Source: an uncultured bacterium (GTDB taxonomy: Bacteria > UBP15 > UBA6099). Taken from it: a stretch of 23,041 bases of DNA. Location: contig CAYPEK010000005.1 in assembly GCA_964409645.1 (NCBI GenBank), positions 43,939 through 66,979 on the forward strand, given 5' to 3'. The notes below the pieces were generated by a model, which saw only the letters and a program-made list of their open reading frames with translations, searched no databases and was not told the origin of the DNA. The position numbers and the translations under genes are program-made. Shown here piece by piece: positions 8,531 through 15,726 of this stretch. Each line of letters starts with the position of its first letter. Position 1 is the stretch's first letter.

Positions 8531-9214
8531 TCAATACACCCTGTTTTTCAGACCGATCGTGTTTGTTATGACAAATGTGTTCTTTCTGATTCTTATATAT
8601 CCCATCGTTTCGAGCGTTTTCAGCGCCCGCGTCAGAGTCTCACGTGTCGTCCCGACGAGATTCGCCAATTCTGTCCGGCTGTGCGCCACGCTGATTTCGA
8701 TTCCCGCGTCCACTTCGCGGCCGCCCTCGACCGCCATATCGAGCAGGATTCTCGCCAGCCGTCCGCACACGTCAAGAAACACCAGACTTTCGATGTGCTC
8801 GTTGGCGTTCCTCAGCCTGCGGCCCAGAACCGCGATCACTTTTTTCGCCATTTCCGGATTGGATGTGAACAGCTTTAGAAAATCGTCCCGCCTTAAAACA
8901 AGCACTTCCGTCTTATCTATCGCCACCACCGAGGCCGATCTCGGCTCCCCGTCCAGCAGCGCCAGCTCTCCGAAAAATTCCGTCGGCTGCAATATACCGA
9001 CTATGAATTCCTTGCCCTCGTCATCCGTCAGAACAACTTTCACGCGACCGCTGATCAGTGAGAAAAACGTGTCGCCCTCATCCTGCTTGTGTATTATTGT
9101 CTCATTTTTATCATATTCCCTGACAAACGCCAGTTTGCCGAAACTGTCCAGTTCCTTGTCAGTCAGGCTCGAAAACAACGGCACTTTCTTCAATGCTTCT
9201 TTCACTGATATCAT
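8531..9214 (-). CDS. Crp/Fnr-family transcriptional regulator (cNMP-binding domain plus C-terminal HTH), 227 aa
   Basis: Complete ORF in the track. The N-terminal beta-roll cNMP-binding-like region reads ...FFGELALLDGEPRSASVVAIDKTEVLVLRRDDF. The C-terminal HTH reads SRTELANLVGTTRETLTRALKTLETMGYI. GGAGG lies upstream of the ATG at 9214 (revcomp of 9222-9228). There is no N-terminal Cys cluster, so it is not FNR-type. Confidence 0.9.
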   Translation of the reverse strand: MISVKEALKKVPLFSSLTDKELDSFGKLAFVREYDKNETIIHKQDEGDTFFSLISGRVKVVLTDDEGKEFIVGILQPTEFFGELALLDGEPRSASVVAIDKTEVLVLRRDDFLKLFTSNPEMAKKVIAVLGRRLRNANEHIESLVFLDVCGRLARILLDMAVEGGREVDAGIEISVAHSRTELANLVGTTRETLTRALKTLETMGYIRIRKNTFVITNTIGLKNRVY

Positions 9215-9365
9215 CTGTCGCCTCCGAAAGCCCTATTTGCTGAATCTTCGGCCTTCGCTCACACAAAAAAGGCCCGCCGTTAACGCGCAGGCTGGTTGTT
9301 TCTATCCTATCTTGACAACAATAGGGCTCTCCGAAATCATCAGGTTTTGCCTCTAAACAGATGCT

Positions 9366-9400
9366 ATTATAATTCATTTTTCAAAAAAATGAAATGGTTT
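9366..9400 (-). promoter_or_regulatory. Candidate sigma-70-type promoter for the crp-family gene
   Basis: The minus strand reads TTCATT-(16 nt)-TATAAT (the -10 is the revcomp of plus 9366-9371). This would give a 5' UTR of about 145 nt. Confidence 0.25.
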
Positions 9401-9580
9401 TAATTTAACACAAGTTCTCATAATATTCCGGCCGCAACGGTTTGAAGCGGATGAAATCCCATGCAAAAGTCGTATATTATGGCCTTGCCCCTGCTTTATA
9501 TGAGAAAAGTGGCCGATAATGAAGCAGTTCGCCGCTATGAGCATCGCCCCGGATTCAGATATTCATCCGCTAATCCGGTT

Positions 9581-11323
9581 TCAATGCCTTCTCAGCAACT
9601 TGCCGGGTTTGCCGCCGAGGTCGATCTTCCCTTTGTTCAGTGCGTGATGCCCGTTGATGAACACATGGTCGATTCCGCTCGGTGTCCCTTGCGGATTGCT
9701 GAAGTTGCAGTTCGGCGCGATTGTCAGCGGATCGAAAACCAGCACGTCCGCAAAGTAATCCTTTTTGATTAACCCCCGCTGTTTGAGCCGGAAATGCTCC
9801 GCCGGCAGCCCCGTTACCTTCCGCACCGCCGTCTCCATTCCCATCATCTTTTTCTCACGCACGTACCGGCTGAAAAACTTCGGGTACGCTCCGTAGAACA
9901 AGTGCGACGGCTTTCCGAGCCCGAGCAGAATCGTGTCGGTGCTGATCGCCACCTCCGGATTCTTAAGCGCCGTGAATATGGACTGCTCCGTGAAGTTGTC
10001 CTCCGGCTCGCCGAGCGACGAGAACACGAGTATCCGGGCGTCCTCGTCCGCCAGCAGATCGCACGCAACATCCAGTGGATGCTTCCCGCGCTCCTCCGCT
10101 ATGTCGGACAACTTCCTGCCCTCCAGATGCTTGTTCTTTTGCGAGTAAACCGACATTATCCGTGTCGAGCCCCAACCCAGCAGTTTGAATATGTTCAGCG
10201 ACCAGCTCTTCGTTCCGGTGTGCGGCCAAGCCATGTCGCCGGTGTCTATGTCTTTTTTAATCTTTCGCCTCATACGCGGATCCATCAGACGCCGCCCGAT
10301 CTCTTCCTTCGTTCCGGACAACACCCACGGCGGAAAATACGCCATCATGTGCGTGAACGTCGTCGTCGTCGGCATCACATCCACGCCGATCGAGATTCCC
10401 TTCCGCTTCATCTCTCCTATCCGGTCAAGCTCTTTCTCCATCTCGGCATCCAGCTTGATCGGCAGCGTCCAGTATTTCGACATATCGATAAAGAACTGCG
10501 CCGCCTTCCGGATCAGCGGCCCCGCGGGCCCGAGGTCCGGCACCCAGAACAGATGCGATATCTGCGCCCGGATCCCGTTCACCCGCGCAACCTCCGCAAG
10601 CTCGTCCACCGCCTTCGGCAGTTCGTTCATGTACGTTCTTAAATGACTCGCATATAGCCCGTCGTACTTCTTCAGCACTCCGCCGAGCTTTACCAGTTCG
10701 CGCGTGTCACTCTGCAGGCCCGGCATGTACTGCAACCCGGTTGACATCCCGACGCACCCGGCGTCCATGCACGTCTCGAGCAGCCGCGACATCTGACCGA
10801 TCTGTTCGTCGTTCGCCTGATTCGGCGACATTCCCATCGCGTCAATCCGCAGCAGCCCGTGCGGCGCGAGCAGCGCGCAGTTAAGCGCTAACCCGTTTGT
10901 TTCGAGGTGATTCATGTATCCGGCCGTGTCTTTCCACGTCACCTCGCCCGCGATTTCGCGCGCGGTGAATCCTTCCAGATACATCTTCGACGCTTCGTAG
11001 TGCTCCGTGCTCAGCGGCGCCATCGACAACCCGCAGTTGCCGCCGATGAACGTAGTGATGCCCTGCCTCACCAGCGGCTCAAGCATCTTCGGATGTTCTT
11101 CCCTGTAAATCGTCATATCCGCGTGCGAGTGTGAGTCCACGATCCCCGGGCAAACAATCCGCCCCGTCGCGTCGATCACTTCGCACCCGTTCTGGGCCAT
11201 GCTTTTAGGAATACTCTTTTCTATCGCGGCTATCCTGCCGCCTTCAATCAGTACATCCGCCTTATATCCCGGACTCCCGGTCCCGTCCATTACTATTCCG
11301 TTTTTTATGAGAAAATCCGCCAT
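9581..11323 (-). CDS. Amidohydrolase-3 / N-acyl-D-amino-acid deacylase (D-aminoacylase) family protein, about 580 aa
   Basis: The track ORF 9581..11374 begins MLSLVGLCCGVEHRGAGMADFLIKNGIVMDG. I place the start at the internal ATG at 11323 (MADFLIKNGIVMDGTG...), which has GAGGAG 5 nt upstream and the typical D-aminoacylase N-terminus. The metal-binding stretch GIVDSHSHADM and the overall length and composition fit the amidohydrolase superfamily. Confidence 0.75.
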   Translation of the reverse strand: MADFLIKNGIVMDGTGSPGYKADVLIEGGRIAAIEKSIPKSMAQNGCEVIDATGRIVCPGIVDSHSHADMTIYREEHPKMLEPLVRQGITTFIGGNCGLSMAPLSTEHYEASKMYLEGFTAREIAGEVTWKDTAGYMNHLETNGLALNCALLAPHGLLRIDAMGMSPNQANDEQIGQMSRLLETCMDAGCVGMSTGLQYMPGLQSDTRELVKLGGVLKKYDGLYASHLRTYMNELPKAVDELAEVARVNGIRAQISHLFWVPDLGPAGPLIRKAAQFFIDMSKYWTLPIKLDAEMEKELDRIGEMKRKGISIGVDVMPTTTTFTHMMAYFPPWVLSGTKEEIGRRLMDPRMRRKIKKDIDTGDMAWPHTGTKSWSLNIFKLLGWGSTRIMSVYSQKNKHLEGRKLSDIAEERGKHPLDVACDLLADEDARILVFSSLGEPEDNFTEQSIFTALKNPEVAISTDTILLGLGKPSHLFYGAYPKFFSRYVREKKMMGMETAVRKVTGLPAEHFRLKQRGLIKKDYFADVLVFDPLTIAPNCNFSNPQGTPSGIDHVFINGHHALNKGKIDLGGKPGKLLRRH

Positions 11324-11524
11324 GCCTGCTCCTCGGTGTTCTACTCCGCAACACAAACCCACTAACGATAACATTATTAATTTAAGCTGACAAGCATAAT
11401 TTTCAAGGGTTTTGCACTTCTTGATATAGATTATTTAATTAACTTTCTTATATACTTCAGTTTGTCTTTGCCGGTTGCCGGCGAACCCGGTTTGCGGCAA
11501 TTACAGAGTTAAAGGAGCCTGAAA

Positions 11525-11899
11525 ATGAGCCTGAAAAAAGTCTGCGCACTCTACGCCGTACTCGTCGGGATATCCATGATCGCGGTCTGGCTGCTCTACT
11601 TCACAACCGGAACAATCGCGGGCATCAAGCCGGACCCGAACATACCCGGAATCAGCCTCCACATCGTCGCCGAATTCATCACCGCTTTCGCCCTCCTCGG
11701 CGGCGGCATCGGCCTGTTCGCATCCAAAAAATGGGGACGCGACCTCTATTTCCTCGGCCTCGGACTTCTCATCTACGCCGTCGTCAACAGCCCCGGGTAC
11801 TACATCAAGTCCGGCGGGCCGATCATACTCGCCATCTTCGGCGGTACGCTCATCATCGCGATCGTCTTTTTTACATTCGGCTTATATTTAAAGGATTAA
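11525..11899 (+). CDS. Small integral membrane protein, 124 aa, about 4 predicted TM helices; function unknown
   Basis: Complete ORF with AAAGGAG 7 nt upstream of the ATG. There are four hydrophobic stretches (VLVGISMIAVWLLYF, IVAEFITAFALLGGGIGLFA, LYFLGLGLLIYAVV, IILAIFGGTLIIAIVFFTFGL). Confidence 0.6.
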   Translation: MSLKKVCALYAVLVGISMIAVWLLYFTTGTIAGIKPDPNIPGISLHIVAEFITAFALLGGGIGLFASKKWGRDLYFLGLGLLIYAVVNSPGYYIKSGGPIILAIFGGTLIIAIVFFTFGLYLKD

Positions 11900-11985
11900 T
11901 ATAATAACAAGTATTATATATATTAAGGGGAGACGGCGCGGGGAATGCTTTCATCGCGCCTGTCACGGGTTTCAAGGGTGCCAAT

Positions 11986-12951
11986 ATGAAAAAAGGCTTT
12001 GAAAACAAGAAAATTTTGATCACCGGCGGCGCGGGCGGCGTCGGAATGTTCGTCAGCCGCAAATTCGCCGCGGAAGGCTACCATGTACGTGTCTTCGACC
12101 TCCCCACACCAATCAATAAAAGAGTCTTCAAGCCCGGCGAGCCCAATATCGAAACATTCTGGGGCGACATTACAAACCCGAAAGACGTCCGCGAGGCGAT
12201 GGACGGCGCCGGAGAAGTGATCCACCTCGCTGCGCTCGTCGTCCCGGCAACCGAAAATAACCCCGCCCTCGCCAAAAAAGTCAATGTTGAAGGCACAAAA
12301 TATGTCGCGGAAGCCGCCGCCGCCGAATCCGAAAAAGCGGGCCGCACCTTAACAATACGCTTCTCGTCCTCAGCAACAGTTTATGGCCCGACAAACACTG
12401 AAACACCGCCGATCCCGCCGGATCACCCGGTTAACCCCACCGACAACTACACAAGCACAAAAGTTCAGGCCGAGGAAGTGATCCGCACCTGCGGGCTGCC
12501 GTGGACCATCTACCGCTTCGCCGCCGCGCAGTACCTGACGCTCAAAAAAGGCAGCTTCGGCCAGATGAAAATCATTCCGCCGGACAACCGCATCGAATTC
12601 GTCCACATCCTCGACATCGCGGACGCATTCATCAACTCGGTGGGCAACCCTGAAACAATCGAAAAAACGTTCATCCTAGCCGGCGGCCCGAAGTGCCAGA
12701 TGCTCTACCGCGACGAGCTCAAACGCTCTTTCGACCTCCTCGGATTCCCGGTACCGAACTGGAAAAAATTCAACACCCAGCCGTTCAACCTCGACTGGTA
12801 CGACACCGAAGAATCGCAGCGCGTCCTGAAATTCCAGAACCGCACGTTCGACGACTACCTGAAAGACTTCCGCGTGAGCCTCGGCTTCAAATACTACCCG
12901 ATCCGCTACCTCGCCGGTCCGCTGATGCACATATTCGGAATACATCTGTAA
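11986..12951 (+). CDS. NAD-dependent epimerase/dehydratase (extended SDR) family protein, 321 aa
   Basis: N-terminal Rossmann motif ILITGGAGGVGMFVSRKF and catalytic YxxxK (DNYTSTKVQAE), with the expected spacing for the family. Confidence 0.85.
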   Translation: MKKGFENKKILITGGAGGVGMFVSRKFAAEGYHVRVFDLPTPINKRVFKPGEPNIETFWGDITNPKDVREAMDGAGEVIHLAALVVPATENNPALAKKVNVEGTKYVAEAAAAESEKAGRTLTIRFSSSATVYGPTNTETPPIPPDHPVNPTDNYTSTKVQAEEVIRTCGLPWTIYRFAAAQYLTLKKGSFGQMKIIPPDNRIEFVHILDIADAFINSVGNPETIEKTFILAGGPKCQMLYRDELKRSFDLLGFPVPNWKKFNTQPFNLDWYDTEESQRVLKFQNRTFDDYLKDFRVSLGFKYYPIRYLAGPLMHIFGIHL

Positions 12952-13106
12952 TTCAGAAAAATAGTAGCTGGTAGCTGGGGATTAGGGGAAAAACGAACCC
13001 CTCGCATCGTAAACAATCAATAAGCGAGAACACAGGGACTGGCTTATGCCGCAACAAAACGGCACGCCCGATGTGGTAATGATACAATTTGTTATCCGGA
13101 TCGCCG

Positions 13107-14003
13107 TTACTTCTTGAATATGTCCATGATCGGAACCGGAGCCGTGCCGCCCACATAATAAGGCAGCGTGCCGTTCCATTTCTCGACCGCTAACTTTTCC
13201 ACTTCGATTTTCCTTAGCTCCACAAGCTCCGCGGTCACTTCCAGCTTCTGTATTCTCAGCGCCTCCGCTTCCGCTTTCGCCTGCTCGACCTTCTGCTGGG
13301 CCTGTAGCTTGACGCTCTCGAGTTTCCTCTGCTCCGTGAGCACGTTCTGCTGTGCGACCACTTTTGCCTCGACCGCCTGCTTGAATGACTGCGTGAAATC
13401 GAAGTTGGTAATGCTCACCGTCTCCATCATTATCCCGTGGACGGCAAGCCGCTCGTGCAGCGAGTTCTCTATCGTTGTTTTTGTCTCCGAACGCATCGTC
13501 ACCAACTGCTCAGCCGTGAACTTCGCGGTGGACGCTTTCACCGATTCCTGAATCGCAGGTTTGATAATCCGATCCTCGTAATCATGCCTCAACGACTGAT
13601 ATATCTTCCCCACCGCCTTCGGGTCGAGATAATAGTTCAGCGTTACCTGTGTCGAGACTTCCTGCAAGTCCTTCGATACCGCCGCCGAATCCGCATGGAA
13701 CGCCGCAACCTGCACTGGCATCAGTTCCACACTGTCCGCAACCGGCGTGATAACATATATTCCCTCCGGCAGCACCCTTCCGGTAACGGCGCCGAACCGC
13801 AACACGACTCCACGGTAGCCGGCGGGCACGAACCCGACCGCCGGAAGTAAAACAGCCAGTACAATCAGTATCAACACTCCGACGATCAGCCCGCCCGCCG
13901 AAAATGAAATCCCTGCGCCGCCTTTCGCCTTCTTGTGCCTGATCGTCAGCAGCGCCGCAATCACAATAACCAAGATATACAAAGATACTTTGATGAGCGT
14001 CAT
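13107..14003 (-). CDS. SPFH / band-7 / prohibitin-family membrane protein, 298 aa
   Basis: N-terminal TM segment(s), then GYRGVVLRFGAVTGRVLPEGIYVITPV and a long coiled-coil (EQRKLESVKLQAQQKVEQAKAEAEALRIQKLE...). This aligns well with prohibitin as I recall it. AGGGGG lies 8 nt upstream of the ATG. Confidence 0.88.
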   Translation of the reverse strand: MTLIKVSLYILVIVIAALLTIRHKKAKGGAGISFSAGGLIVGVLILIVLAVLLPAVGFVPAGYRGVVLRFGAVTGRVLPEGIYVITPVADSVELMPVQVAAFHADSAAVSKDLQEVSTQVTLNYYLDPKAVGKIYQSLRHDYEDRIIKPAIQESVKASTAKFTAEQLVTMRSETKTTIENSLHERLAVHGIMMETVSITNFDFTQSFKQAVEAKVVAQQNVLTEQRKLESVKLQAQQKVEQAKAEAEALRIQKLEVTAELVELRKIEVEKLAVEKWNGTLPYYVGGTAPVPIMDIFKK

Positions 14004-14398
14004 CCGTCGGTTCCCCCTTATGTTTCCTTCCCCGGTAATCCTTTTCCAGCAATTATTCCATAATGCAATTCTCGTTTCAAGAGCAAGTATGTGTCAAAAC
14101 GCGATATGCCTTTATTCCCCCCTTCTTTCCGCCTTCGATGGATGTTCGATATTCATTTTGTGCATTAAGCACGCGTCAGCGAGCGACCCCTCTTTTCCTT
14201 TGTGTCTTCGTGCCTTTGTGGTGATTTCTCAAAAACGCCTTCTTCATCACACAGCTACCGTATGCAATTTTCTTACGAGGTTGAACCTTGAACTAAAGGA
14301 AAGTAAAGTTATATTGTCAAAAACGGCGATGCGGCGGGCAGCCGGCTGCGGGCGGCTGCTGCGGGCAAGCGCCGGAATATCTACTGGCGGGGTGTGGG

Positions 14399-15520
14399 AT
14401 GAAGATCACAAAACAAAACTTAGACCTGCTCGAAAAGAAGTACAAAGGATACATCAAAGGCACTGCCGTGAGCGAGTTCTTCAAGGAGTACGGCATACGA
14501 TTCGCCGCGGGCCACTGGTGCGCGGGCGATTTCCTCGACCGGTTCGCCACAACGGGATACGCCTGTGAAGGCGAATGCGACTCCGGGATCGTTCCGCAGA
14601 TGGAGCGCGTCGCTGTATCCGGCTGCGAGGGAATCGAGTTCCACGAACAAGTTTTCATCGACTCGAAATTCAAGAAGGATCCCGCAACTATCGGCCTCGT
14701 TAAGAAAAACCTCAAACGGCTGAAACTCACGCCGACAAACATGAATACGAACCTGTTCACGCATCCGCTCTGGAAGCTCGGCGGCATCACGAACCCCGAT
14801 CCGAAGATACGGAAGGAAGCGCTGCGCGTCGCGCTGCAGGGCGTCGAGATCGCGGACGAGGTGGGCTGTTCGAGCGTCGCGCTGTGGCCGGGGTCGGACG
14901 GCTGGGATTACAACTTCGACTGCGATTACGGCGATCTGCTGAACCGCTTCATCGACGGCTGCATCGCCATGAATAAGAAGGCAAAATCGTACGGCCTGAA
15001 GTTCGGGGTCGAGGCGAAACTCTACGAGCCGCGCGAGGGCAACATGGTGATCTCGACGACGGCGAAAGCGATGCTCGTCGCGAAGGAAGTCAACCGCGTG
15101 TGCGGCGGCGCGAACATGGGCGTCGCGATCGACTACGGCCACGAGATGATGTGCGGCATCGAGCCGGCGGACATGCTCTTCACCGCCAAGCGGTTCGGGG
15201 TGCCGATCACCAACTTCCACGTCAACAACGCAAAGTATAAAAGCAACGACGAGGACCGCTGCGCGGGCACCGGCGACAACTGGGCGATGGTGGATTTCTG
15301 CTACGCGGCGATCATCACCGGCTACGGCGGCTGGTTCGGCGAGGACCAGTTCACGTACCGGCAGGACCCGGTCCGCGCGATGACGCTCTCCCGCGAGATG
15401 TTCGCGAACCTGATGAAGAAAGCGCTGATTATCTACAAGCGGCGTGACGCTCTGAACAAGGCGCGCGCGGGCGGCGATTCCTCGCTCGTCATCGATGTCG
15501 TAAAGGACGTTCTCATTTAA
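14399..15520 (+). CDS. Xylose-isomerase (class I XylA)-like TIM-barrel sugar isomerase, divergent, 373 aa
   Basis: Blocks matching class I XylA from memory: [12 protein letters not shown] vs RFTFGLWTVGWQG; IEFHEQ vs [34 protein letters not shown] vs [40 protein letters not shown] vs FAIEPKPNEPRGD; GHEMMCG vs GHEQMAG. Divergent points: WGGREG becomes WPGSDGW; one predicted metal-ligand Asp is Asn (FHVNNA); there is an extra N-terminal extension of about 30 aa. Confidence 0.75.
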   Translation: [373 protein letters not shown]

Positions 15521-15562
15521 AGAAAAGCTTGGAACCACGGATGAACACGGATAAATATAAAT

Positions 15563-15664
15563 CGCTCCCATGCTCCGCGTGGGAGCGTGTCCCCGGACGC
15601 TCTGCGTCCGAGGAACCGACGCGGAGCGTCGGCAAGCGGCGTTACCACGCGGAGCGTGGTAACG
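15563..15664 (+). promoter_or_regulatory. Array of three consecutive strong hairpins sharing the motif GCGGAGCGT in the isomerase-AOR spacer; the last is followed by a U-rich tract (terminator or attenuator-like)
   Basis: Hairpin 1: cgctccca-(9 nt)-tgggagcg, 15563-15587, 8 bp stem. Hairpin 2: gacgctctgcgtc-(9 nt)-gacgcggagcgtc, 15596-15630, 13 bp stem with one G-U. Hairpin 3: cgttaccacg-cggag-cgtggtaacg, 15640-15664, 10 bp stem. After it comes aTTTccgtaaTTTcTc...gTTTaaaTcTTTc. Alternative pairing gagcgt...acgctc (15582-15601) is also possible, so the hairpins could compete. Confidence 0.5.
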
Positions 15665-15726
15665 ATTTCCGTAATTTCTCCGTGTCTCTGTGTTTAAATC
15701 TTTCATAATGACGGAAGGCAACTAAT

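Noticed and set aside
8466-9356. 296-aa plus-strand ORF (and 8453..8878 +) across the crp-family locus
   Set aside because: Antisense to a well-supported Crp-family gene. The translation is Ser/Leu/Phe-rich with no recognisable domain.
9215-9580. 366-bp spacer between crp and the aminoacylase gene as a possible hidden small gene
   Set aside because: The only ORFs (9159..9377 - and 9461..9772 +) overlap neighbouring genes out of frame and have no RBS. The region reads as promoter or UTR with a weak GC hairpin plus T6 on the minus strand (about 9265-9295), possibly a terminator for the aminoacylase gene.
11324-11374. Upstream in-frame start of the D-aminoacylase ORF used by the track (11374), adding MLSLVGLCCGVEHRGAG
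   Set aside because: The internal ATG at 11323 has a strong GAGGAG RBS and yields the family-typical N-terminus MADFLIKNG. The longer form lacks an RBS. Kept as the less likely alternative.
14420-15721. 433-aa minus-strand ORF
   Set aside because: Entirely antisense to the XylA-like gene, which carries the clear family motifs. High GC3 produces long spurious antisense ORFs.
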